Made by a program: the position numbers and the translations under genes | Source: Mobula hypostoma | Taxonomy: Eukaryota | NCBI RefSeq assembly: GCF_963921235.1 | Contig: NC_086107.1 | Coordinates: 102,426,001-102,490,000 of the forward strand | DNA length: 64,000 bases | Direction of reading: 5' to 3' | Part shown: piece after piece, positions 1 through 14,208 of the stretch | Layout of the letters: each line of letters opens with the position of its first letter | How positions within the stretch are numbered: position 1 is the stretch's first letter | Notes under the pieces: model-generated | The model's input: the letters and a program-made list of their open reading frames with translations, nothing else | The model's database searches: none | Told to the model about the DNA's origin: nothing

Positions 1-926
1 TTGGTTTTTCCCAAATGCTCCATTTTCCTCCAAAATGGCAAAGGGAAGCTAATAGGTTAACTGGCTATGATAAACAAGAAAATGAATCTCAGGGAAGCAT
101 ATAATGGCATATACATATTTTAATAATAAATTTACTCTGAACTGCCACTGGTAGAAGTGGATGACAGGAGAACTGGGGAAATTTGTAAGTATGTGAAAAA
201 TATAGGTTATTGGGAAATACCGGAAGCATGAGAACATTCTGTGTTGAGAATGGATTTGAGGGCCATGAAATAAAATGAGATTCCCAATAAATGAGAGTCA
301 GAATTGTTTGCACACTTGGAGAAATGACTGATAATTGATCACTCCTCAGCATTCAAGCAAAGGCACCTCCGCAGAGGATCGAAAGAGACTACATCGGGTT
401 GTACATTCAGCCATATGATTTCTGAGTGGTCCATGAACTATTCCTTCTTTACACTAATTTATTATAACTTTTTAAAAAAAAATCTTGATGCTGCAAAATA
501 ACAAATTTCACGGCATACACTCAGTGGAGGATATCTCCTCCTGTACCTAATATTCTTTCTAACATACACATCAACTTTACCCTGATTCATTCACCACTAG
601 TAATTCACAACAGCTAATTAACCTAACAACCAGCACATCCTTGGGACTTGTGAGGAAATAAGAGCACTTGGGAGAAACATGGGCACAGGGGAATGTGCAA
701 ACTCCACAGACATCAAGCCTGGGACTCTGGAGTTAAGGCAGAAACACTACCAACTGTATCACTGTACCATATATATAGGCAGTAAGACAGTTTCTCTTCT
801 TTGTGCTTCCAACTACTTTTGCCGTAGCGACAAAACTGTTGACTTGCTCCACTGCTAACAATGCATTCCTTTTCTGATGCAGACACTCCCAGAGAATGAA
901 ATAAAATGTACAGTATTTTTCCTTAC

Positions 927-1006
927 CTTTTTGAAGATGTGGTATACAGCATCACAGTAGAATTTCCTGATTGCTGAGACGTTCATCTCTCCGTTAAGAG
1001 ATTCTT
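927..1006 (-). CDS. L3MBTL2: L3MBTL2 exon (80 nt); the gene continues beyond the left edge of the window
   Basis: ttctacag|AAGAA...AAAAAG|gtaagg. Encodes (E)ESLNGEMNVSAIRKFYCDAVYHIFKK, cf. human RKIYCDAVPYLFKK. Confidence 0.95.
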
Positions 1007-2355
1007 CTGTAGAAGTGAGAACGTTTTAAGATGACAGCTGCACAGACTAGAAAATTGTCACTTTTTAAATCTATTTTATAAATACCCTGTTAATCTTACC
1101 CTTTCTCATTTTAACTGGTAAACAATTCACAGGAACTAACTTGTTGATTAGCATCATGTTATAAAACCAGTCTTTACAAAATGACAAGCTAATAGCTCCT
1201 CACCTTCACATGCTAAACTCACTCCTTCTTATTTATCAAGAGCATGATAATGTTCTTCCATTCAAATTCTCAGCTGGCTAGCGGTGTCGTGGCATTGCAA
1301 TGGACTTTGAGGTGAATGGTCCCGGTCTTTGCACACTTTCCATCCATAGGTGGGTTGCGCCCTCAAGCTAGCAACTCGGCCTCATAAAAAAGTAGACAAA
1401 TGCTACGGAAACAGCAAAACCGCCACTCGATGCACATCAAGGCATGAAAAGGGACAACAAGAATTCAAAGCCTCAGCTTTACATGTTCTCCCTTTTTGTT
1501 CCATCTACTGATTCTTCTGATTTATTCTTTGAACATCTTACTGTTCAATGGTCTTGTAACAGTAGGATAGAGACCGCCCTTGAGCCTTGTGATATGTGCT
1601 TTCAGGCTTTTGTGTCCTTGGCCTGATTTTTTTTTGGCGGCGGGGTGGGGGGGGAAGAAGAGAGAATATCCAGGGTAAGGGCTTTGATTATGTTGGCTGT
1701 TTTACTGAGGCAGTGAGAAGTGTAGGTGAAATTCATGGATGAAGGGCGGGGGTGGTTTCTGTGATGCGCTAAGTTGCGTCCACAACCCTCTGCAGTTTTA
1801 TGCGGTTGTGAGCAGCGCAGGTGCCATACCAGGCTGTGATGCATCCAGAGAGAATGCTCTCTATGGGTGCATCGATTAAAAATTGGTGACGGTTAAAGAG
1901 GACGTGCCAAGTTGCTCTACAAAGGCAAGTATAAATCTGGAACTTCAACCGCCCAGTGTGGGAGTGATATACAATGGTTTGGAGGTCCTGTTGAAAATTT
2001 TGCTACAGAGATTGATGGTACTTCATTGGAAAGATGGCCATCAGTACAGTTAGGATGTGCATCTGACATAACCAAGCTAAGGGGCCAACTCCAACCCTTC
2101 CTGAATTGATAATATATTGAATAACGGTTTTAACACGTGACTCTGACCTTTATGTCCCTGATGCCACTCTTTTGCACAGTTCCTGTGTCAAGCCAGCCAT
2201 TTACTTGTGTATCACAGAGACGGCTGGGACATAACATTCATGGTCAACACTGACCGACAGAGGGTCTCATTACCCTCCTTGCTTGGCTCTACTTTCAGAC
2301 TAGTTTTGATCCTCACACACTAAAAGCATTGCTATGATTGCACTCTGGCCCTCTA

Positions 2356-2682
<327 letters not shown>

Positions 2683-3518
2683 TCAACTGGAAAAACAGCA
2701 CTTTTGAAGGGAGTGCACAATTCCACAGCCAGCAGCTTTCTCAGTGAGAAGTGTAGATGAAATTCATGGATGGAGAGGCTAGTTTCTATGATGCCTACCT
2801 TACTGTTCAAAGTAAATCATACATTAGACCATCTTGATGCAGAGGAAGTCATAGTCAAGATCTCAACCGAGTACTCACTCAATTGGTGCAATTATTTCCC
2901 AACATTACCAACAACGTTGCTGAGATCTCAGTGTCTCTCCCTCAGCCCTTACACTAAATATAGGCATCTTATTTTCTTATTGCAGCTGCTCCAAACCCTT
3001 TAAAATGCTATACCCAACATCCCTCACCCAAATAATATGCAAGACTATGTAACACATCTAGATATACATCAAACAGTTTGGGATGAATAAGGTTACAAGG
3101 CTCTCTTTCCCTTGCTACAGATCTGCTGTCAATAGTGGTTTAGAGATCAATAGACATTGCTTCAGAGGAAGAATCAGTCAAGGCTAGTAGGAGCAACAGA
3201 ATAATGTGTTGCAAATCACATTGCTCTAATAAACCAGCTTCCAAGTACAACAGGAAAATTTTACCTCTAAGGAGACTGGCCCAACAAAAATCAATGTGCA
3301 GTTTATTTTACTTCATAGGCTCTCAAAAAAAAAAACAGTATTAGTGTTTTTCATAAGTGACTCTTGAAGAAAGTGTTTTCAGAAGCAGGGGTGCGCTATG
3401 CCTCACATCCCTTCCAACTTCATAAGAAGCTACATGTGCTTATGCCCCCAGTCGCTCGACAGAAACGGGCAACGTTTATCAGAAGTGCTCTAGGTTGGGC
3501 TGCTGGTTATTACTGATT

Positions 3519-3720
3519 GGGGCACCACAGTAGCACAGTGGTTAGCACAACGCTTTACAGCGGGTTCAGTTCCTGCCGCTGCCTGCAAGTTTGTACATAC
3601 TCCCCGTGACTGTGTGGTTTTCCTCCAGGTGCTCTGGTTTCCTCCTACAGTCCAAAGATGTAACAGATGGTAGGTTAATTAGTCATTGTAAATTGTCCCA
3701 TGATAGGGCTATGATTAAAT
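3519..3720 (+). mobile_element. V-SINE (representative); other copies at ~1-90, 610-770, 9270-9475, 10480-10640, 18450-18560, 21480-21640, 24360-24520, 24825-24980, 26060-26230, 26790-27058, 49965-50220, 56905-57170 and 61110-61310
   Basis: tRNA-like head followed by the V-domain CTCCCCGTGACTG..TGG.TTTCCTCC.GGTGCTC.GGTTTCCTCC.ACAGTCCAAAGA. Confidence 0.85.
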
Positions 3721-5044
3721 CAAGGTGAGGGAGAAGAGGGAAAATAAATCACTGGATGGCATGGCTCAAGGAATATTGGTAAAATATATGCAGAGATTCT
3801 TAAATAACAACACACCCTAAGGCAGAAGCTGCAGTCAAGGATGCAACTAGGGGTCTTCAGCAGGTCTCAGTACAGGAAGAGCCCTCTCCATCATTGAGCA
3901 CATCTACATGAAACTCTTTCGTAGGAGAGCATCATCAAAGATCTTCACTACCCAGGCCATGCTCTGTTCTGCCAGCAGGTAGGAGGTACAAGAGTCTCAG
4001 AATTCACACCACCAGGTTCAAGAACAGTTACTACCCCACAACCATCAGGCTCCTGAACAAAAAGGGGATAACTACACTCATCTATTGAGATGATCCCACA
4101 ACCAATGATCTCACTTTAAGGACTCCTTATCTCATGTTCTCATTATTTATTGCTATTTATTTATAATTGCATTTACGTCGCTTGTTGACTTCTGCATTCT
4201 AGTTGAGTCTTTCATTGATCCTGTTGTAGTTACTGTTCTGTAGATTTGCTGAGTATGCCTACAGGAAAATTAATGTTACAGTTGAATATGGTGACATACA
4301 TGTACTTTGATAATAAAATTTACTTTGAACTCTGAACCAGTGTGGATAACTTCACTCACCTCAACACTGAACTAATTCCACAACCTATGGACTTATTTTC
4401 AAAGACTACAATTCAGGTTCTCAATATTATTTATTTATTTGTTTGTTTGTTGGTTTTTGTATTTGCACTGATCGTCTTCTTTTGCATATAGGTTGTTTGT
4501 CACTTTGTGTGCTGTTTATCATTGATCCTATTGTATTTCTTTGTTCTACTGTGAGCGCCTGCAAGAAAATGAATCTCAGGATAGTATATGGTGACATAAT
4601 GCATAATTAGATACTAAATTTAATTTGAACTTTGACGAGCAATCATGGGTGAAGGAACTAAATCAACTAAATCTTCAATCACTGTTGAAAAATGCATAAA
4701 CAGAAAGCAGGAAGATCAGAATGGAAAGACTCACTTTTGTTAAAACCCCCAACACCCTGCCCCACATGTGAATAAAGTACACACAAATTCAAATACTAGA
4801 AAATGAACTCAAAAGGCAATTAAAAAAAAACAAGGACCCTCAGTGATTTTTTTTCTGCTACTCAACTCCTCCACGACATTGCTAAGATCAATTAACTCAG
4901 CATGGGCACAGAAATAACACTGTAGACATCCTTTATCAACTCTCATCAATGAACAAGGAGCATTAGGTACTTTCATTTTGACTTATTCAGATCAACTCCT
5001 TCCAGGTACTTACCCAGAGCTAGAATGAATGGTAGTTGCCTTAC

Positions 5045-5133
5045 CTTAAAATGAAAGTCAGCTGGTAGGGTCCTAGAACCAATCAGTTTCTTTAAAAGAT
5101 AGGCTTTCCAGTCTGTGGTTTTGTTTTGCACAG
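5045..5133 (-). CDS. L3MBTL2: L3MBTL2 exon, start of MBT repeat 2 (89 nt)
   Basis: tgtttag|CTGTG...TTTAAG|gtaagg. Encodes (A)VQNKTTDWKAYLLKKLIGSRTLPADFHFK. Confidence 0.97.
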
Positions 5134-5240
5134 CTAAACAGAGAATATCACAGTTAATACGAAGTCTTACAATGGAATACCATACCATACAATGGAACAT
5201 CTTCCCATCAAGTCCTGAACACATTGTGCACTACCTAGAT

Positions 5241-6425
5241 CAGCGATCCCCAACCACCGGGCTGTGGACCGGTACCAGGCCGCAAAGCATGCGCTACCGG
5301 GCCGCGAGGAAGCGATATGATTTGGCGATACGAGTCAGCTGCACTTTTCCTCATTCCCTGTCACGTCCACTGTTCAGCTTGAACGCACACGAGGTCATTA
5401 CGCACGCGTCATCAATGTCAGCGCGGGAAGAAGATCAACTCCTGGAGCTTGCAAATGATGGTGGGCTGAAAAGTATGTTTGACATAGCATCTCTGTCAGC
5501 ATTCTGGATCAAAGTCAAGGCTAAAAATCCTGAGATAGCCACGAAAGCACTGAAAACGTTGCTTCCATTTCCAACATATCTCTGCAATGAATGCAACGAA
5601 AACTAAATTGCGGAATAGACTGGACATAAGGAACCCCCTTCGACTATTGCTGTCTCCCGTCACCCCTCGATAGGACCGTCTTGTTGCAGGAAAACAAGCC
5701 CAGGGCTCCCACAGATTCAGCGATATTGGTGTGTTGCAATGATTTTATATGTTTATACAGGAAAATATGCACTGCGTGTTTAATATCCAAACGTTACTTA
5801 AAATGTTATGATACTATTGACGTATATAACCATATAACAATTACAGCATGGAAACAGGCCATCTTTGCCCTTCTTGTCCGTGCCAAACGCTACTCTCACC
5901 TAGTCCCACCGACCTGCACTCAGCTCATAACCCTCCATTCCTTTCCTGTCCATATAGCTGTCCAATTTTTCTTTAAATGATAATATCAACCCTGCCTCTA
6001 CCACTTCTACTGGAAGTTTGTTTAATACTTACTTCAAGCTCCCCTGTCCTCCCCTGATAATTGACTTATCACTATATTCATGCGAGGAAAATATGTGCTG
6101 TGGTTAATATTAAATTCGTTAGATAAACCCCTTCAGAAAGGAAATTGAGTGTATTAGCCATTTATCACCTATATTCCGGTCATGATTAACACCCCCCCCC
6201 ACCGAACAGAATCGCCAAAAAAATCGTACACGCATGCGCACTGGTGCCTGCGCAAGGCTTCATGGTCATTGTAGTCTTTCTCGGTAAATCCAGCGTATTT
6301 GACTGCTACCCTTGTCCGTTGGCAACCCTACCACCACCCCCCCCCCCACCACCTGGTCGGCCGGTCCGCAAGAATATTGTCAATATGAAACCGGTCCGTA
6401 ATGCGATAAAGGTTGGGGACCCCTG
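5241..6425 (+). mobile_element. Non-autonomous hAT (Buster/Charlie-type) DNA transposon with a transposase C-terminal remnant
   Basis: TIRs CAGCGATCCCCAACC / GGTTGGGGACCCCTG. Perfect 8-bp TSD ACCTAGAT (5233-5240, 6426-6433). Remnant EEDQLLELANDGGLKSMF...FWIKVK...KALKTLLPFPT resembles the hATC dimerisation region. Confidence 0.93.
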
Positions 6426-9400
6426 ACCTAGATTACAATCACAATGCAAGGCTTGATCCAGCCAACAGAGATTTTCTCCCATGGTGTACAATTAATTTAT
6501 TAGGACAACTACTGTCTTGGTGCCAAGGAAAGGAAACCCGTTTCAGCTCTTTTATCCATGTCTGCACCAAGGCATTCAAGTTATTTAGAGAGAACAGTCA
6601 TAGTGACAGTAATGACACATTGCAGCAGCTTGCTGATGACTTCATGTGGACTGATGAGGCATTAATTAGCTGGAATGTATTGGCTGCTTTCCCCAGGTAA
6701 TTTTCCATGCTGTCTAGATTCTCCAGTGCAGGCTGCACCAGGTACCCAATAGGTTCCATTTATACAAATATCCTCTGAGTTGATTTTGTCCGCAAGTCAA
6801 AAAATAAGCAAAAGTCAACCCATATGTAACTGTAACTCCACTGTATTCAATAAATCTCACTGAAAGACACAGGTTCAATAGGATAGAACAACTACTAGAA
6901 GTGGAAAGAGAAAGGAAGGTAGTTCTGCTCTTTGTAGGAGCAAACTATGCACGTATGTATGCTAGACTTCTGAATTGAATATTATGGGTGCTTGTTTGTA
7001 TGCTCATTCGTTATGTACCATGTCGTATGACGGAGGCTATCATGGTCTTTCCATGACCATGATTGTTCTTGGCAATTTTTTTCCAAAGAAGTAGTTTGCC
7101 ATTGCCTTCTTCTGGGCATTGTCTTTACAAGATGTATGACCCCAGCCATTGTCAATGTTTGTATGTAAGGGTGTTCTTAAATTCAATGTTCATAACCCAG
7201 AGATGGCCTGTATAAGGAAATAGTCTCTGAGCAGCTAAACCAGTGCCTAGAATCTAAATGGAGTAAATTTTTCAATTCCAATGAACTTGCATTATATTAT
7301 ATTCAATTGCTCAGTATCTCCTAGAACAAGGCTTTCATCTCAGGAATTAAAGTAGGTAACCTCTATTTCTTTTCCAAGAAAAGGAGACCGAATTGTAGAC
7401 ATTATTCTAAGACTGACTCCACAAAGCCTTCATAAATACAGCAAAACTTGAATTATCAGCCCCTTGCAATAAAAACCTATATTCAGTTTCCTCACCATTT
7501 GCTGTACTGCATGTTAATTTTCTGACGGGCGTACAAGAACACTCAAATTCTTCTGGGAGCCAATAGTTTCCAGACTTAAACACAAGATGCTACAGATGCT
7601 GGAAATCCACAGTAACATATATAAAATACTGGAGGAACTCAGCGGGTCAGGAACATCTAAAGAAAGGAATAAAGAGTTGACATTTCAGGCTGAAACCCTT
7701 CATCAGGACTAGAAAGAGAGGGGGAAGAAACCAGATTTATACTCCTGGTCAAGCTGGCTTCCTCGGATGATATCTTCCAGATAGTCCAGGAAACTGCTTA
7801 TTTCAATTTTTCTACGTCTTCTTTTTATCTTAAATGTGTTTCTGGAACTGTTAAGAGTCTGCGATTTACAGTTTGGAGATCGATTGAGTGATTTAGTGCT
7901 TTGCTGTCTCTGGGAAGATTCCAGGAAACATTCACGAGTGGCCTCGAGGCAAAGAACTCAAGAGACGAAACGCAAGCCCATGATCAACTCCACTTTGCTG
8001 ATCGAAGCGTCCGTTCATCACAGATTAAATAGTCGAGGAAGATTGAAACCTTGAGGCGAAATGTGGAAGGCACGCAAAAGTTCAGCACTGACTACCTGCC
8101 TCTTGATCACTGCTATGACAAATCTTATGCTGCTTCCGGAGAAGGACTCCGTGTGGTGGCCTATTGCCCCCTGCTCTGGAGGGTAGATTACTGTGTTCCA
8201 AGTGGTCTCTCTCTCTCTCTTTTTTAAATGCAGGGAGGGGGGCTTGGGGGTTGATTGTTCTAGTCCCGTTCTTATTTGTATGGGCAGGGGTTTGATGCCT
8301 TTCTTCGAACGACTTCCATGGTTTTCTTTGTTTCGTGGCTATCTGGAGAAGACGAATCTCAGAGTTGTATACTGCCTACATACTTTGATAATAAATGAAC
8401 CTTTCTGAACCTTTGGTGGGGAAGTGAAGTAGTACAAGTTAGAAGGTGATAAGTGAAGTCATGTGAGGGGGAAGGTAGGTGGGTGTGAAGTAAGAAGCTG
8501 GGAGGTGAGAGGTAGGAAAGGCAAAGGGCTGAATGAGAAGAAATTTGACAATCATAGATGCCGCCTAACCTGCTGAGTTCCTCCAGCATTTTGCGTTTTC
8601 CAGACTCTCACCTTTAAGTTATTTTGTTGTTCTATTTTCCTACTAGCAGAGTGTAATTTCATTGATTTTTCACTCAATGCCTAGTCTCACGTATAAAGAA
8701 TAGTAACACAAATTCAGACACTAGAAGATAAACTCAACACAGGAACAAAAGGGACTATCAGTGATACTTCCTCTCTCTACCTAAGCCAAATTAATCACAA
8801 TGATTTAAAAAAAAGACAATTTACTTGTGAAGTGTTTTGTCATCGGAGGAATCTGGTTTTACATTGTTCTGTGGAATGCTCAAACAACAGATAATTCCCT
8901 TTCCCTTCCCTGACTAGTGTCTCCATCATCAACCACAACCTATCAGATAACCCACCAGTGACTCCCTTGCACCAGCCATCCTCACCTCAGGAGAGCAAGG
9001 TCACCTCTCACTAATTCTTCTCACCTTTAGAATTATATGGAAACAAAGTCTACTTCAAAGGTTTCAAAGGTACATTTAATGTCAGAGAAATGTATACAAT
9101 ACACATCCTGAAATACTTACGCTACCTCTCCCCATTTCTCACCTACCCTCCCGTCCTTTCACTTCAACATTACATGACTGGGGAGAAATCCTGGCAGTAT
9201 TTTCCCCCCAATTACTTATTGAGGTACCAGAATGGAGTACGCCCTTCTGTCCTTCAAGCTGTGCCACCCAGCAACCCCGCTTAATCGTGGGACAATTTAT
9301 GATGACCAATTAACCTACCAATTGGTAGATTTTTGAACTGTGGGAGGAAACCAGGGCACCCAGAGGAAACCCATGCGGTCACAGGGAGAATGTACAAACT

Positions 9401-9468
9401 CCTTACAGGCAATGACAGGAACTGAACCCGTAATGCTAGTACCGTAGAGCGTTGTGCTAGCCACGCTA

Positions 9469-9723
<255 letters not shown>

Positions 9724-11167
9724 TTACTTGTGAAAGAACAACAACATTAATGCTGGAGAACTCATCAGACAGCACATGAAGAAGAAAAGCTAACTATTCA
9801 GGAGGGGGATCTTTTATCTGGAAGGTCTTTGGCTCAAAGTGTTGACCGCTTCTCCCTTCCTCCCTTAGAATTAGGCCCTTTTACCTACCAAGTTCATGCA
9901 GTCCAACTTGCATCTGTTTTTAAATTTCTTGTCCGACCCCAATTTAGTCTCCACATGTTCTCTCCGATCAGCTACATGAAACACTGGCATAGGAAAGCAG
10001 CATCCATCATTTGAGATCCCCATCACCCACGTCATCCTCTCTTCTCGCTGCTGCTATCAGGTAGAAGATACAAGAGTCTCAGGACTCACACCACCAGGTT
10101 CAAGAATAGTTATTAACCCACAACCATCAGGCTCTTGAATAAAAGGGGGATAACTACACTCGCTGCCCCATCACCGAAATGTTCCCACAACCAAGGATCT
10201 CCCTTTAAGGACTCTTTAATCTTATCATTTCATGCTCTCGTTATTTATTGCTATTTATTTAAATTTACATTTGCACAATTTGTTGTCTTCTACACACAGG
10301 TTGATCTTTCATTGATCCTTTCATAGTTACTATTCTATAGATTTGTTGAGAATGCCTGCAAGAAGATAAATCTCAGGGTTGTATACGGTGACATATATGT
10401 ACTTAGATGATAAAATTTACTTTGAACTTTGAACCCCTACCTCCCCTTCCCCCAAATTCTACCACTTATTTCATGCTTGGGGCAATTAACAGTTTCCAAT
10501 TAACTAACCAGCAAGCATACCTTTCAGATATAGGAAGCCAGAGCACTGAGGAGAAACCCAGGTGATTACAGGGAGAGTATGCAAACTCCACACAGACAGC
10601 ACCAGTGGTCAGAATCAAGCCTCCACGTCACAGAAGCTGAGAGGCACCTGTTCTATTACCTGCTGCATATTTGCAGCAGTTTCTTATTTCAACTTTACAT
10701 TTTTGTGGGACAACAAAAGTGCCTGTTATTAGATCAGACGAGTACAAAAATAAATTGATTGATCTGTTATTTTCATTAGTCAACATTTACTATATTGAAC
10801 ACTGAGGAACATGGTCTCCGTGTGAATTAGGGATAAAAGATCGATGCAAAACTTGACAGAGAAATGCAAATATAGCTTAGTTCTTTTCCAACACTTATTT
10901 TTTGCATTATATAGCACCAATATTAAATTAATCACAACCATTCATAGCTCGGCTGTTCACGGGCTTGACAAAATGTTTGTTCAAGTTATTTTTATTATCA
11001 AAGTACATACGTGTCACCATATACAACCCTGGGATTCATTTCCTTGTGGGCATGCATAGTAAATACAAGAAACACAATTGAATCAATGAAAGACCGCATC
11101 TAACATGGAGGACAAACAACCAGTGAGCAAAAAACAACAAACTCAAATAGAAAGAAAACAACTATAA

Positions 11168-11171
11168 TTAA

Positions 11172-11238
<67 letters not shown>

Positions 11239-11239
11239 T
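11168..11239. repeat. Compound microsatellite (TAAA)n(GCAA)n
   Basis: Read directly from the sequence; lies within a Rex1 3' region. Confidence 0.95.
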
Positions 11240-12361
11240 ATTGAGAACATGAGATCTAGAGTTCTTGGTTGTGGGGAACAGTTCAGTGATGGGGCGAGTG
11301 AAGTTGAGTGACATTATCCCCTCTGGTTCAAGAGCCTGATGGTTGAGGGGTAATAACTGTCCTGAATCTGGTGGTGTGAGTCCTGAGCCTCCTGTACCTT
11401 CTTCCCAATGGCAACAGTGAGAAGACAGCATGACTTGAATGGTGAGGGGTCCTTGATGATGGATGCTGCTTTCTTGTGACAGCATTCCATGTAGATGTGC
11501 TCAGTGGTGGAGTGAGCTTTACCTGTGATGGATTGAGCAGTACTTACTATTTGTAGGCTTTTCCATTCAAGGGCTTTGGTGTTTCCGTACCAGGCCATGA
11601 TGCAACCACTCAATACATTCTCCACCACTCATCTATAGATATTTGTCAAAGTTTTAGTTGACGTGCCGAATATTTGCAAACTTCTTAGAGAGAAGAGGCA
11701 TTGCTGTGCTTTTTTCTTTGTAACAACACTTGCGTACTTGGCCCAGGCCAGGTTCACTGAAATTATAACAATGAAGTTTTTAAAGTTGCTGACCCTTCCA
11801 CCTCTGATTCCCTTGATAAGGACTGGCTCGTGGTCTTCCGGTTTCCTCCTCCTGAAGTCAATAATCAGCTCCTTGATCTTGCCGACACTGAGTGAGAGGT
11901 TGTTGTGACACCACTCAGCCAGATTTTCAATCTTCCTCCTATGTTTTGATTCGTCACCAACTTTGATTCCGCCATTGGAGCCATGCTTAGCCACAGTGTC
12001 GTAAGTGTAAAGCGAGTAGAGCTTTATGGTGCAGGTGTGCCGATGGAGATTGTGGAGGGGATGTTGTTGCCAATCTGAACTGACAGGGGTCTGCAAGTGA
12101 GGAAATCAAGTATCTAGTTGCATAGGGAGTTACTGAGGCCAAGGTCTTGTAGCTTATTGATTAGTTTTGAGGGGATGATAGTAATGAATGCAGAGCTGTA
12201 GTCAATGAAGAACATCTTGATGTATGCATCTTCACTGTCCAGATGTTCTAGGGTTCAGTGAAGAGCCAATGAAATGGCATCTGTTTGGAGTGGATCCAAG
12301 TCACTTTTCAGTCCCGAGTTGTTTCATCACCAACCTCTCAAAGCACTTTATCACAGTGGAT

Positions 12362-12455
12362 ACACATCAAAGTTGCTGGTGAATGCAACAGGCCAGGCAG
12401 CATCTCTAGGAAGAGGTACAGTCGACGGTTCGGGCCGAGACCCTTCATCAGGGCC
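12362..12455 (-). mobile_element. 94-bp Penelope-derived hammerhead-bearing insertion inside a Rex1 fragment
   Basis: 10-bp TSD CACAGTGGAT (12352-12361, 12456-12465). Core CTGATGAAGGGTCTCGGCCCGAACCGTC. Confidence 0.85.
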
Positions 12456-12807
12456 CACAGTGGATGTAAGTGCTACTGGTCGATAGTCATTAAGGCAGGT
12501 TACCATATTCTTTTTAGGCACTAGTATAATCAAAGCATGCTCAACTCTGAGCAAACTGGAAAACAGATGCTGGCGTATCTGATCTACCACCCTGCTCACC
12601 ATTGAACTCAAAGGTAAAGCACAGAGCGGCTGAAGAAAAGCAGAATATGCTCTACATTCTGGCCCTTGGCTTTCTCCATGGGGTCACTGGTATAAAGCCA
12701 AATCGAGTTACTTTTAAATCATTTCAATGGTTTTTTTTATAATCAATTATCGTTTTAGTTAAATTTTTAAGTTACATCGTTTTGAGTTGGTTTACACATT
12801 TTGACCC

Positions 12808-13050
12808 AGCTGGTGGCGTAGTGGCATCAGTGCCGGACTTCGGGACGAGAGGTCCCGAGTTCGAGTCCAGGCAGCTCCCCTGCATGCTTTCCATCCCTGC
12901 TGGTGATCTCTTTGGAAGCTCACCCGGCAGAAGGCAATGGCAAACCACTGCTGTAACTTGCCTCGTACGCGGATCTCCACTACGTCAGAGAGGCGTGGAG
13001 GGAAATCGTCTGCTAATCGGAGAAACTCTGGATGCGACGTACCCTTCCTT
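12808..13050 (+). mobile_element. tRNA-derived SINE; related heads at ~1275-1460 and 58540-58690
   Basis: TGGCGTAGTGG...GGTCCCGAGTTCGAGTCC head, with an RTE-like segment GAAGGCAATGGCAAACCACT in this copy. Confidence 0.75.
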
Positions 13051-13341
13051 TACACATCTTAAGACATTTTAAAACTCTTCCTTATCTTTTGATAGTGGTG
13101 AACTGTCAAAGGTAATCAGAGATACCCTGCCCAAGTATTCATAGATCACTCTGCCTCAAGGGACATGTCCTGCATATGGAGAGTCAGGTTGTTGGCTCCA
13201 AGAAACAGGCACAATAAGCGGTAGGCAGAGAGCCTTTATCAGGACCTCCACTGATGCTCCCTGGCATGTTGAGTTCCTTCAGCATTTTGTGTGCATTGCT
13301 CTAGATTTCCAGCATCTGCAAAATCTCATGCTTATAATCTT

Positions 13342-14003
13342 ATAGAAACATAGAAAATAGGTGCAGGAGTAGGCCATTCGGCCCTTCGAGCCTGCACCGC
13401 CATTTATTATGATCATGGCTGATCATCCAACTCAGAACCCCGCCCCAGCCTTCCCTCCATACCCCCTGATCCCTTTAGCCACAAGGGCCATATCTAACTC
13501 CCTCTTAAATATAGCCAATGAACTGGCCTCAACTGTTTCCTGTGGCAGAGAATTCCACAGATTCACCACTCTCTGTGTGAAGAAGTTTTTCCTAATCTCA
13601 GTCCTAAAAGGCTTCCCCTTTACCCTCAAACTGTGACCCCTTGTTCTGGACTTCCCCAACATCGGGAACAATCTTCCTGCATCTAGCCTGTCCAATCCCT
13701 TTAGGATTTTATACGTTTCAATCAGATCCCCCCTCAATCTTCTAAATTCCAACGAGTATAAGCCCAGTTCATCCAGTCTTTCTTCATATGAAAGTCCTGC
13801 CATCCCAGGAATCAATCTGGTGAACCTTCTTTGTACTCCCTCTATGGCAAGGATGTCTTTCCTCAGATTAGGGGACCAAAACTGCACACAATACCAGGTG
13901 TGGTCTCACCAAGGCCTTGTACAACTGCAGTAGTACCTCCCTGCTCCTGTACTCGAATCCTCTCGCTATAAATGCCAGCATACCATTCGCCTTTTTCACC
14001 GCT
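13342..14003 (-). mobile_element. Young 5'-truncated CR1-clade LINE
   Basis: Uninterrupted 151-aa ORF2 C-terminus (QFWSPNLRKDILAIEGVQRRFTRLIPG...RTRGHSLRV...FFTQRVVNLWNSLP) and a (TTTCTATG)n tail. Confidence 0.93.
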
Positions 14004-14208
14004 CTTCTTTCCGCGATTTAAGTCTCTCTCACTTACTGGATCATCTCCATTTTTGTGATGTTTCTGTCAAACATTAGAAGCAAGCTGCATACAAAGCCAA
14101 ATCTTAACCCCATAAGCATCTGTCCCTGCTGGAATACTTAAGTAGGGACTGACCCAACACAATCTGACCCAACCTCAATTATATGGAGCTGGGCGTTTAG
14201 GTGGGATT

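Larger units (their letters stand above)
10975..12540 (-). mobile_element. Rex1/Babar LINE 3' part; other fragments at ~1560-1910, 3880-4635, 9960-10435, 28880-29600, 33200-33760 and 34735-35340
   Basis: VPKKNMVTCLNDYRPVALTS; WCHNNLSLSVGKIKELIIDFRR; ENVLSGCIMAWYGN. KFADDTTI at 29142-29468. The family tail reads AATAAAATTTACTTTGAACTTTGAAC in plus-oriented copies. Confidence 0.85.

Noticed and set aside
5115..5606. Domesticated ZBED/Buster gene (163-aa ORF)
   Set aside because: Only a short C-terminal transposase remnant inside a TIR/TSD-bounded element; the ORF start lies outside the element and the catalytic core is missing.
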